64,000 nucleotides of DNA from Paraphysomonas bandaiensis (taxonomy: Eukaryota > Protista > Chrysophyceae), in assembly GCA_965644295.1 (NCBI GenBank), contig CBFFRP010000293.1, positions 1 to 64,000 of the forward strand, given 5' to 3'. Below, piece by piece: positions 10,389 to 23,400 of this stretch. Each line of letters begins with the position of its first letter. The first letter of the stretch is position 1. The notes beneath the pieces are model-generated. The model was given only the letters and a program-made list of their open reading frames with translations. It was not told the DNA's origin and ran no database searches. Position numbers and translations under genes: made by a program.

Positions 10389-10958
10389 GAAGGATAAATA
10401 TACTCTGCAAGTGGAATAAACACCTTTGCATTAACACTGTAGCGCTAATCTCTGGTCCACGTCACCAAAGTAAATATCAGTCCATTCCATCGTCTGTCCA
10501 AAGTGCGATGTGTTCTGGATGCATTTAATCGTCACCCAAAAGTGTTGCGGGGTATTCTGGTGTTCTGTGAAGTGGGAGTCAATATTGGCTAGATATTACG
10601 CACCAAATAAAAACGTGGAATAGATACATGATTGGCTAGAGTCCATTCTCTATGCACAGCTCTGCTATATACGGAACGTATCTGGAGCATAGACTACAGC
10701 AGCCTGACACATATGCACAGCTCTGCTGGTTCGTATACGTCGTAGTACTGCATGATACTGTATATGCATCTATATACAGCGTTGTAATATCCTGCCTACA
10801 GCGACAAGCAATCCATGGAGCCGCTCAATCGATAGAGATCTACAGATTATAGGATACAGAAGTGAGCAGTGCCATAGGCAACTGACAGCTTTTATTTGCG
10901 GAAGAATTCTCTGGTTCCGCATCAGCGTCGCATCTGTGGTGATATACTGTTACACGAT

Positions 10959-13125
10959 ATGGCTCTGCAGTTGGTCTGCTTGCTCGCTACTCTCTCGTTA
11001 TGGTCGATGAGTTGCGCTCCTTTAGAGCTGCCGGTTATTATCAGCTCCGAGAATTCTCTCCCCTCGGCATGGTCTGCAACGATATCTGTTGAGGAGCACA
11101 GACATGTGAATGAGCAAGTGGCGTTCACTACGCGTTCGTACTGTTATAAGTCGAAATGCAGCTATCCTGGACCAACCATATCTCTTAAACCTGGAGACAA
11201 TTTTACTTTAACGCTTGTGAATAAATTAAGATCCGAAAGTGTCAATGAAGAGTATGTCATGAACACGATGCACTCTCCGAACACGACTAATGTGCACACT
11301 CATGGAATTCATATCGACCCCAATGTGGATAATGTGTTTGTGTCTGCGGAGCCTGGAGAATCTCTTGTATATCCGTATCACATACCTACTGACCACTCGC
11401 CGGGGACGCACTGGTACCATTCACACTACCATGGTAGTTCAACTTACCAAGTTATGGGAGGCTTAGTTGGAGCAATTATCGTCGAGCCTACGCCTGCACA
11501 GAATATTCCACTGTCTATAACTGAGGCCGACGAGTATTTATTAGTGATCAGTCGGTTAAAATTTGACCAAGAAGTATCATCTCGTACTGGAGAGGTAAAC
11601 CAAGGGTGTGGGCGCGACTTTTATTGTGACCCACTGGTGGAAGCACCACTGTGTACAGGTGAGGAAACTGAGCCCTCTCCCTACGAATCCTTTCGTATAT
11701 ATTCATACACGGAACTAGGAGTTGAGACAGGCAATCAAATGGATGTCAATCCTGTCCTGATGAATGAATCGATACAGGATATGCATCTCGTGAATGGACA
11801 ATTTCGACCTACTCTACGTCATATGGTTCGCGGGTCTCCTGCCATTCTGCGGATTGTGCACGCAAGTGGAGGAGGACAACTTGCTCTCTCTATTCGTGAG
11901 GATGGATGTGTGATGGAGGTTATTGCCTATGATGGTGTTTACTTAGACTCTTTGCTGCCAATGGATACGGTTTACTTGGTGGAAGCATCTCGAGCTGATA
12001 TCCAAGTGGTTTGCTATGCTCCAGGCGTATTCACGGTACAGCATCATGGAGATGACGCCGCGGGGGTACTGTTCTATTTAAATGTATCTTCCACGGGACA
12101 AATCAAACCAATGGTGACGAATGCTGACCTTGGAAATATTTTGCGTCCGTGGTATTTACAGGACCTCACTGGTTCTGAGGTCCCCGTCGATAGTTTTTAC
12201 TCCCTTCACACCTGGAGGAATGGGCTAAATCATTCTATATGCGGACACTGGATGGGAGCGGGGTACAATTGCAGTGGCGTAAAACCCTGGGGCACCGGTG
12301 ATCCGAATACATCTTCCACTGTCTGTCCATTTTCTCAGTTTTCTGGGGAACGGGGTCTAAATCCAGCTAATTACACTACGGCGAATAAGCTCGTGACTCC
12401 TCAGGGCGCTGTAAACCAGTGGGCCATCTATGGAATGGGAAACGATCAGCACCCTATGCATATTCATGTGAACCACTTTCAGGTAATTTTCACGTATGGA
12501 GGGTATTGAATCGATGCACCAGAATGAAAAGTAATACTGTGTCACAGGTGATTGAGTTTGACGGGGATGGAGAGAATTCAGCCGGGCACGAAAAGTTCTT
12601 CCTCCCAGGACAGTGGAGGGATACAATTCCTGCTTTTGAGGTCAGTCATCTATATTTACGCATGTAGTAACAGAGCGATGGAAAATAGGGACAGTTGATT
12701 GTACGCTTTAGGGCGGCGGATTTTTCAGGGGAAAATGTTATCCACTGTAAGTTACTATCCGATTTATATGGAACAGTAACGTCTCTGGTAGGCCATTTCC
12801 TTCGACATGAAGATTTGGGCATGATGGACTCATTTCTTATTACTCCAGAGCACGGGTATCGTGTAGAAAGTAACACTGCACAGAAAGGCCCTACTTTTGC
12901 AACGCACCTGTTTACTCAACACGCACTTAGTATACTGGGGTCTTTCGTTGCTTTCGTTGGTGTGCTTGGTAGGTTGTGTTCGTTTTTTTTTTTCACCTAA
13001 CATTCTCAGTTTTGGGTATCATTTCGCGTGGATATTGGAATAGGGGACAATCTCAATCGAAGCCACTATCTGTGGAAGATGAGGATGTCCTGATAGCTTT
13101 TATCGAAGAAGTCGGCCGTGATTGA
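10959..13125 (+). CDS. Multicopper oxidase with signal peptide and C-terminal transmembrane helix (multi-exon)
   Basis: Copper motifs HTHG, WYHSH and HPMHIH, plus HCHFLRHEDLGMM reconstituted across a GT-AG intron at ~12747-12791. Hydrophobic N- and C-termini. Confidence 0.9.
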
Positions 13126-14404
13126 TTGTTATCAATATACGTGGAGCTGATTTTGGAAACGGATGTAATATATTTTTCACCTGTCAATTGTGTACACTAA
13201 ATACTTGTTATCACATGCCTCTGTGTTGTTATCAGGTATATGTCATATGCTGCTACACAAGTTATGTCTGTTTGCTACTACTCACCTTGCTAGAATGTTA
13301 TAAAATAAGGCCAAGTCTTAGAAAGGTAATTATGACATGAATAAAGAGTTAATTTCAAATATTGCACCAGCACAACATTACTTCCATTACAACCCTCGGA
13401 TTACGACGTACATCTATACTAATACTAAGTCGAAGCTTGTGTGTTGTGACAACATACAACTCGCTCGACACTAAGCTGACATGACAACAAACGCCTATTG
13501 CAATTAATAAGATAAATTCAGTTTCATTACTAGTATCATATAATTATAGTAAATGTCTCATTATGAACAATAGGCGTTGAAGAGTCAAAATGCTTAACTC
13601 TGATATCCTACTATTTAGCGCTACGAAAGCAAACACTTTTGCTCTGTCACTCAAATTAAACCCAGTGAGCAAACAGAAGGGAGATTGAAGAAGGGAAGCA
13701 GCGATATGTGTAACACATATAATATATTTAATCAACAAAAGTAAGATATATATATATACTCAGGTACACAGCGACAATGCTTACGATATCATATATAATG
13801 ATGGACAATGGACAGCATGAAGAAGTATGGCAACAACCTAGCGGCAAGTTACTTGAGGTTAGTATATATATATATAATTATTATGTAAACGTTATATATA
13901 TACAGAAACTTCGTCAAAGAAAAGGACTAAAATACAGAAATGGTACCACACAATCATTAGGCAATGAGTGGGCAAGTTTTATTGTAGTATATATATATAT
14001 ATAGATATTATTGCAATGTATTTTTGCCCCGTCCATTGATAAGCACAATACCCCTCAATAAAGTCTTACTGCGCTATATATTGACAGAATTTAGAGTAAA
14101 TGTGAGTCCCTATCAATATATTATATTATAGTGTAAGTGTGTAAGTGATCCACAACGTACCTTTCTGGGAGAGGTAAATACCGGAGAGATTGCTTTCATG
14201 CTTCTGATATTTTATTTAACTTTTGACTTTTCTTGTGCAGGGGCAGCACTATCAGGAAGAAGTAATCACGATTGAGGATGGAGGCATTTCATCCCCTCCC
14301 ATCCACTAGGATGCTGTCGTCAAAGAGTTGGTGCAGCAACTGAAATAGTCCCAGGATACGTAGAGAGAAGAGATGAAGAAGACTAAATAATCAAGCAAAG
14401 AAGT

Positions 14405-14560
14405 GGTTCCCTTACCAGTCAAAAGACATCTTTCGGACCTGACGAATAAACAGGCATCCACTGTATCGGGCTGCCTACTGAAGTCAAGCATTCGCGCTAG
14501 TACACCTTAAGGACAGAGAGCAAAAGTGCACCTTGGTGCTTGCGGTGACGCACAAAAGTC
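14405..14560 (+). repeat. Dispersed degenerate repeat, family A (related copies at ~14856-14920 and ~43880-44090)
   Basis: Shared blocks GTATCGGGCTGCCT-CTGAAGT, TGCTTGCGGTGACGCACA and AGGGACACTA...TTTGGGCCTTGA-GAATA. Confidence 0.65.
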
Positions 14561-15433
14561 GAGGTAATACCAATACATGGTGAAATTTTTGATGATATGG
14601 TCGGAAAAGGGTTTAAATATGCACAATAAGTAGTAACTATGAAGATATTAATAGTGTGAAGAATATTGTTTATAATATTTTTTACTACTTTCTTGTATAT
14701 TACTTCAGTTTTACAGCAATAAAAGTCACCGTCTACACATACATATTTATACAGTTCAAGCTATCTATTCCCTCAATCATAATATAGAGCTATTCTTTGT
14801 ACGATACCCCACTACTACGTCGCAACATTCTGCTGTAGGCTCTGTGACTATTTCAAGGGACACTATAATATAAGTGTCACTCGTTTAGACGTCTTTGGGC
14901 CTTGACGAATACACATGCATGACAAGACATCGTATGTCACTCTTAAACACAAACGAGTCGCCCCAAACGAGAGTTTTCACGATGATATGATTTCCCGATC
15001 AATAGAAGTAAACATAAATATAATTATTAATATACTGTATAGTATATTCATATCGTTGATGTAATCATACACTGTTTGAGTAAAGCAAAAAACTGAATTA
15101 ATAAATCCCAACAAGCTAAGAAGCACTCCAACCTAACTAGCTGTTGTAACTATATCCCAGTACTCTAATTGCCATCACCAACAGTAGAATTTACACTCCC
15201 GGCGTAAATCTATGTTTGAATATTACAAGACAATATATTTTCACCCTCCCCTGGTGCTTATTATCCATGTATGTGTTAAGAACTAACAATGGGGGGTTGA
15301 GAATGCTGTAAAACAAATATTTCTTAGAGGGTCGATTGAAATATACATTGACTTCATTTCATTTCTAGAAAACTCATTCGCAGGCCGCGACTGCATTATT
15401 TTCTATATGAAATAGTATGAATGATTTTAATCA

Positions 15434-16898
15434 TTACACTTCTTGCTGACTTTTCTTAGCATTGGAATGAATGGCAACGGAGCCATAGTAAGCAAACAAC
15501 GCACCAACCGCACTTACAAAAACCATGATTGCAATTTGAATCCTCGTCATGCTGTTAAATGCAAAATAACCGAAAGCGCCCGCAAGGCCACTGGTGAATG
15601 CAATACCAGCAAAGGCAGCAGTATTCGTCTCTGCAGATCCGCCGAAATAGTCCGCTACTACCGCTTTATTAGTGTTCTCCTGTAAATGTATCAGTTGTAC
15701 ACGACAATACCAAAGATGTAAGCATACCCATGTACCACGCCCGATACCATATATGATTAGATAAGGAATAATCATGCCCCATGTCCCCAGCTGATCATCA
15801 GAGAAGAAAAAGAACGCCAAGCCAGTAGCCATTAGTCCAACAGCACCGATGGTCATCATTACAGGCTTGCCGAAACGCTGCGCCGCCCAGCCGGCAGGGA
15901 CGGCGATGGCTGCTCCAGTGAGTACAATAATAGCGGAGAGTAGACCAACGTAGGTGCCACCGAGAGAGTCAGAGTCTGCAATCACAGTACCAAACACGTA
16001 GAATGGAACGAAGCTAGATGCTAGGCCGAATGCAATCTGGTCCACACATTTAGGAGAAAGAGTCATTTTTTGTGTTACAGATCACGAGACATACCAACCT
16101 ATGTATGACATATATACCTCTACATATATACATAGCACCCACCTGAAATGGTACTAGAAGAGAAAGTCGAGAATCTGACACCATTAGCCGGCCTGTTGCA
16201 TATACATTCGTCACAACTACATCTTTGTCAAAAGTCCATGTGCCATGGTCGCCCAAATCATCCAGCCGAGTCACTGCAAACGTAGCTAGAAACGCAATTG
16301 CAGTGTATATGGTAAATATAACGAATGGAGCACTACCAGGGGCCTCAAGAAAAATTATAGTAGCCAATGCTTTGGTGATGCACTCCAACCCCAGGTAAGA
16401 CGCTGCAAATATTCCCGCGAATTCAGAGTTCACATCTTCCAAAGTTTTCAGCGAGGCGCGAGCATATAACTTCGCATTTCCAGCAAAATAACGCCCCTGG
16501 GCAGTCCAGAGCATACCACCTGCTGTGCCACCAATACAAGCAGCAATCATAAATACAGGCCACGCGATCCACGGCAGTACTACAGCAACCAGAAATCCAG
16601 CCACATAGACACAATATCCACTAACGCCCAGAAAAAGACCAGTCTTGGGTCCAACCATCGATACAGTAGGTTTGGAAAGAAGGAATGAAGTCAATGCATA
16701 ACATATATACAGTGCCCCACCACCATATGCTCCTTTTAAGTCGCCTAGTTCAGTGGAGGCATAGGCCAGACATGCGACAACAGACCCATGATTAGCTGAA
16801 AACGCCATAGACATTAATATAAAGTTCCACTTGAGGCGATTGCACTGCTGGGTATCGACCTCAGAACTGTAAATAAGCGGCTCTTCTTCTTTATGCAT
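15434..16898 (-). CDS. UNC-93-like MFS membrane protein (3 exons)
   Basis: Many hydrophobic helices; GPK...G...Y and G-x3-G-MLWTAQGRYF motifs typical of the UNC-93 family; GT-AG introns join the ORFs. Confidence 0.8.
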
Positions 16899-17616
16899 GC
16901 TCGATGAACTCTCAACTACAGGAGTGCACTGCTGCTACTATAATGATACACAGTACAAATCAAGTGCTTTTATACTGATTTGATTGGGAATGGGCACTCT
17001 ATGTATGAAACTACGGCATCTATGGTGTATGTTGTCACGGCAGATAGCACCACAATGCGACAGTGCAGAGCGGCCCACAAACATACATACAATACATGCA
17101 GACTGAGATGTAGATATCCGAATCCCGTACACGAATACGACTGACTACGAACCATATATGATATACGATATACCATACAGCAGTATACACATACAGCAGT
17201 ACGCGTACCATATAGGTGCAACCAGTAGGAATATCCTACACAGCAGTATACTGCACACAGCAAGGGGAATATGCAAAGGCTGCTGTTTGGCCCATTTATC
17301 AAGATGCTATACGCACGTATACCCAGGTATACCGTCATGTATTATGGGCGTCTGTTTTGTAACGTCTCTTGGCGGTCCGAATACACTGCGTATACGGGGT
17401 GTATAGGTATACTGCTGCCTGCATATGAAGCACCCACAAGTCACGACAATCTGCCTGTTCCAGTTGCAAAGCAGAGGGTTACAGATGGACATGAGAGAGC
17501 AAACCATGGAGGAGCAATGAGCATACCGCTACCCTTATAATTCAACTGGTAACATGATGTGTGGTCAATAGACATATCTTATATATTTGTAGCGCTTATT
17601 AATTGGACTGGCGGGC

Positions 17617-19194
17617 ATGTCGCAGCGGCGAAATCGACCTCCCTCTGGCAAACACAACATTCCTCGTGGAACCGCTGTAAACAAAGACCGAGGTCTTGCT
17701 GCTCAGTTAAATGTTAGACCACAATCGGCCCGGTCGGCAGGTGATCACAGCTGGAGAAGTACCACTCCGAGAAGAGTAACGCCTCGAAGTAGAAACAACT
17801 GCGAAACCTTCGACTTCTCTTGCTCAGGTCGTTCGAATTCATCACGACCGAGCTCCGCAAGATATAATTCCGTTCATGCTGAGACTCGTAATTCAAAGGT
17901 TTTGTCGAGTAAGGGTCGACCCAAGTCAGCTGCCTCTCATATGTATCACGCTAGGAGCCGAGGAAATAATGTGCATGAGGTTGTTTTGTTGTTTCAATGA
18001 AGAAGCATATAACTATATATCAGGAGCGTCATAATGCTCTTTTTAAACAACCTGAGGATGCTTTGCGCACCCCTGACCATTCGGGAAACTGTGATGTACG
18101 AGCAGGAGAAGAATCTTCCCGCCCAGAAGAATACTCGTCCCGCCTACACTCTCCCGGCCTTCGCCACGAAGTAGATGTTGATGGAGGCACGGTACGTGAT
18201 TAAGTGATAATGGTAGGATGGATTTGGTACTGAAGTGTGGTACTTTGCAGGAAGCAGTGCTAAGTCGACTGAGAGATAAAGTGGAAGCAGCGAAGAAGCA
18301 GAAACAGATGGAAGATACCCGTCTAATGAGTGACTATAACGCCTTCTCTCTTCCGAGAACGTCGATTGTAAGTACTGTGCGTCACGAGACTGTTCCCCTA
18401 ATTGTTTCTAGGCGTATCCTCTGCGGACTGTATTGCTGGATCCGGTGGTGAACAACTTCCCACCCAGCCGTACTCGAAGTGAGCTCATGCGAAAGATAAA
18501 GATATCCCAAATACCTCACCCCAGTTACGATATTGTAAGTTCAGTTTCTATGTAGCAGTAGCTCGTCGAGTAAATTATTACCATTTACCAATTGGTTTGT
18601 GTATTTGCTACACGCAATGACCATGCTGTACTATAGGATGGTGACGGATGGGTCAGTCAGGAGGACTACAAGCTTTCGAAACGATTTGACTTCGATGGAA
18701 ATGGAGTGATTGACCCAGATGAAAGGGCGGTTGCCAAGCATGTCATTGCTGACGAATTCTTTTGTAATCACAAAGATGAACTGCACTTCTTTGGTGATCA
18801 AATTGCAAAAGCATCTCATGAGGAAAACGTGAAGAAATTGGAAAAAGCGCATTGCTTTGAGAGAACATTAGGCCGTCTGAAAGCTGTGGAGGAGTCACTC
18901 AAGAGTCGCTCGTCGAAAGAAATGATCAATTGTATGTCATCCTCGAGTCCTGACCTCACTAAATATAACTACTATACTGATAAGTTTGATAGTACGGCAT
19001 GGAATAGTTTTGATGCGATCCCCAGAGAAAGGGGTAAGGTTCAGCACAATGGATCGAGAAGAGAGCTTCTACAGGCTCGGCGGGAGAGGTTGCAGGATGA
19101 AGCCACAGCCAAGTACGAAGTTGTAGCTAACAGTCTTCCCAAATATAGAACTCATAAAATATCATTGATATCTAATTATGCTTTGGAAAACTAG
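17617..19194 (+). CDS. Uncharacterised protein with an EF-hand pair (multi-exon)
   Basis: Spliced reading PHPSYDI/DGDGWVSQEDY...FDFDGNGVIDPDE gives two EF-hand loops. R/S-rich N-terminus with RPxSA repeats. Confidence 0.7.
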
Positions 19195-19985
19195 ATTGGA
19201 TTCTCTTTTCCGATACTGGCTTTAGCGTTACTGTTCAGAATGAAGTGTATCATTTTTCACTCAAATAGACGGCTTTAAAACACGGAATGCTATGAACGGC
19301 GTCGGCACTTTACTGTGTGTATATTATTGAATCGTGGAGGACGTATTGTGTTGGGATTTGTGGATATACGAGAGCTGGAAATGCTTTTGTGTATGTTCGT
19401 TCACTTGTACCCATTGGCTATAGATGCAAGATTTCCGTACCTATTTTTAATGTTAAATAATAAATTAATATGACATAACAATATAATTGTAATGTACTGG
19501 TAAGTTTTTTTTTTAATATGCATTGATTTGCATACTGCATTGACATTGTTTATGAGGAAAGCACAAAGGCGGAGCAGTCAGAATAAAGTGTTATTAACAC
19601 GGTATATATGAGAACACCCAATTTCAATGCCGATGACGCTTTCGTTTACAGTATATTTGACTTTTTTCAGCCCGAGAAATTCGGGCCGCTAATCAGATAA
19701 AACTCGAGATCCCGACTTGAAATGAAAATTCCCTGCGATTGACATAATTAAATAAGAAGTGCATATATTTAAAGCTCCTACTTCATTTGCAAACCGAAAT
19801 TAAGACGAGAGAAATGTGTGTTCTAGACAAATAATATCTGCGCTACTGGCGTAGCTTCGTATGAAATTAACGGGAGTAGGAATGTGATGCAGTGCATAGA
19901 AAATAGAAAATACCTAACTCCTAACTCTAACTGTTATTTTCAAACGGAACGATTTAAAAGTGGCCACAGAAATTAGTTCTACGTG

Positions 19986-20279
19986 TGTTGAGAAACGCTC
20001 ATTTTACACTAGATCACAGAGAGAATTTGTCGTAAGACTAGATAGATTTATTAATATCGTTTACACGAAGTTGTGATAACCAACACTAACTCATTATAAT
20101 CCCTGCATAATATCCTACATATGCGAACCTCTCGTTACTGAACATATCTTGAACGATCAAACTATTTCAGTTTCTCAATATCATCACAGCATTTGTACAT
20201 CACTATATTTCACTGTATTCTCGTACATTGTCTTGAAGTGACATACTGAATATACTAGAATAAGATCCATATTCTAATA
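19986..20279 (-). repeat. Copia-1 3' LTR
   Basis: Identical to 25202-25495. Preceded on the sense strand by the PPT TTGAGTGGGAG (20280-20290). Confidence 0.95.
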
Positions 20280-20458
20280 CTCCCACTCAATGTAGAATGC
20301 AGTGAGATAAAACAACAGTGATCACAATAATCTGATAATGCTATGACTATCTAGTCCCATAGGTAAAAACAGATGTGAAATCTTTTAAAGATACATATAT
20401 ATCTAGCAGTCAACTAGATATACAGTTATGTGGGATTTTCACCCACTAAAACACACCT

Positions 20459-23400
20459 TTAACCTCTTCGGGGTCGTTTCTTCTGCTGCTCCTCCACACT
20501 GTTAGACACACTCCTCTTAACCCCGGTAATCGTTTTCTCATGACGGCTGAAGATCTTCGTGGACAACGCCTTTGTAAAAATATCGGCCGCCATATCATCC
20601 GTAGATACATGAATCAACTTTGCTGTAGGAAATTTTCCATTAACATGTTCTCTTATCCAGTGATACTTGATGTCAATATGCTTCGACCTCTTATGATACA
20701 CTGGATTCTCTGAAAGATCCTTTGCACTCTTACTATCCATAAAGAATGGAGTCGGCTTCGCTACCAAGAGTCCGAGCTCCTTGAACACCCCCCGAAGCCA
20801 CACCAGTTCTTGCAAAGCCGCATACTCCGCCATATACTCAGATTCCATGCTCGAAGTCGCAACTGTGGTCTGAAGCTTGGACTGCCAGGCCAATGCGCCC
20901 GCACATAAAAACACGATGTATCCCGTTGTGGATCGCCGAGTCATCCTATCCCCAGCCCAGTCTGAATCACTGAATACATGTAAATCAAACTCACTCCCAC
21001 TGAATCTGATTCCCTTATCAACTGTACCACGTAAATATTTCAACAAATGAATAGCTAATCTGCAAGTCGCATATGTTGGAGAAGTACTAAATCGAGCCAA
21101 TAACCCCACAGCGTAAGCCAAATCAGGTCTAGTGTGAATCGCCAAATGCAACACCGCTCCAATAATTCCTCTATACGGAAATGATTCGACCCACTGCTTC
21201 TGCTCCTCCGTCAGCTCACGTTGCTCTGCCAACAAGTCCTGAACATTGGTAGGTAGTGGAGTCTCCTTATTCTTACTGCTCTTTCCCATAAACGAACTGA
21301 ATTTCTTGACAATATTCTTGGCATATTCCGATTGATCTAACATGTACCAGTCCTCGCCTCTCGTGATTCTGATATTCAGAAACCGTTTGCACACACCCAG
21401 ATCATGCATTTCAAACGTTTCGCAGAACCTACGTTTAACACTTTCTAAGTAGGTGAGATCAGCAGATGCAATGATAATATCATCAACATATATCAGCAAT
21501 AAGTGCAATTGACCATTACTCCATCGCATATACAAGCATGTATCTAAAATGCAAGCAGTAAAATGTAACGATTTGATAAACTTGTCAATATGCTTGTTCC
21601 ACTGCCTCGGTGATGACCGCAAACCATATAAGGCCTTGATCAATTGAAAACACCACCCCGCTGGCAACTCTTCATCAGGTGGAGGTGCCATATACACATC
21701 CTCTTCAAGATCGGCATAACAAAACGCTGATGATACGTCCAACTGATGTACATGCATATGAAACATAAAGGCAATTGCAAGAACCAGTCGAATGGTTATT
21801 CCTTTGACCACTGGAGCAAACGTGGACTGCTCCTCCTCCGTTTTTTCTTGTAGATTCCCTAATGCAACCAGCCGCGCCTTATACTTGACTACGTTCCCCA
21901 GAAGGTCTCTCTTCACCGTGTGAACATACTTTGCTCGCACCAACTTCACTCCTCGTGGAGTCCGCACAATCTTTAAGACACGTCTCTTCAGTAGTGAGGT
22001 CTTCTCCACCTTCCGAGCTTCTCTCCACTTCATGTACTGTGGAGATCTCTCTGCTTCAGCATAGGAGTCTGGTGTCTTAAAATCATCATGTTGAAACTCT
22101 GCATGTTTAAAGTTAACAGTGCATGCATCTGGCACCTCAACCATATTTATTTCTCCTAACACCGATGCGTTCGCCAACCTACGCTGTAGCCGTTTCCGCC
22201 GTACACGACCATCACCATCTAGTTCAATAGGTCGTCTAGTAGTTATATACGAACCCATACCTTGCTCATCCTGAGCCCGCAAATCTTGCGGTGTGGGAGG
22301 AGCCCCGCTCGCATCCCCAGACCCATGGTCTGTCAAGGTCTGCAACCTCACGACTGTCTGTTGACAGGTTGGGTCGGGACTCTCCTGGAACCCTCCAGGT
22401 CTTCCCTGGTCCAGCTCCCTGGCTGGCGTAGTACTCAGGGCGTCCCCCTTTCCTATGTACCCGGTATTCCCGGGGGTTTCTGCAGTCATACGCACCACGT
22501 CTTCGACGTGTATAGGCACCCGGTGCTCTATATGCTCGCGACCTGCAGTAACAAGTGAACGGTATGCTACAATCACACCCTTACGTTCTACAACTCTTGT
22601 TGTCTTGTACAGAAGTCCGTCCTCATCATCAATATGATACGTTCCTTCTAAGCTGACATAGTCGGATGCAAGCTTGGGTCTAGCGGCCTCCCGCACTCGA
22701 AGAGCATCAATCTCTGCGAAATACTTCTCTGATCGTGATGGCGTTGACTCATCAGTCAATATATGGACTGTAGTCACCACCTTGTTTGATTCAGGAAGAT
22801 ATACATGGTATCCTACCTTCTCATCAGAGTAACCCATTAAATATCCAACTAGAGCCTTATCCTCCCAATCCTTTCGTCGATCCGCCTTCGGTGAAAGAAC
22901 ATAAGTTCGACACCCCCATACCCTAAGATATCTCAAATTTGGAGGCTCACCCGTTAGAAACTCTATAGGAGACATATACCCTTTATCTGTTTTCGTTGGC
23001 AATCGAATCAAAATATATCTGGCTGCCATGTATGCATCCAGCCAAAATTGCGGTGGCAGTCCAGATTGGATTAGCATTGCAAGAGTCATCTCTCCAGCAG
23101 TTCTGAACTTCCTCTCCTCTATGGCATTCATTTCTGGAGAGTCTGTTGAGCTCCACGTATGTTGATAGCACTCCTGTGTCCTAAGATACTGACGCAGCTC
23201 TTCACTGATTAACTCTCTTGCACCATCTGCATGATAGTGCTCCATCTTGAGCTTGTACCTTCTAACATCTCCTCTAAATAGCTCTTTGAAGACTTCTAAG
23301 ATCGCTTCCCCAGTTCTGTGGACTAAACCCGTCGCCCAGAACATTTTGCTGGCATGATGCGTTATCTTTAACACATACCTCTCACCTCCTCTAGCAGGAC

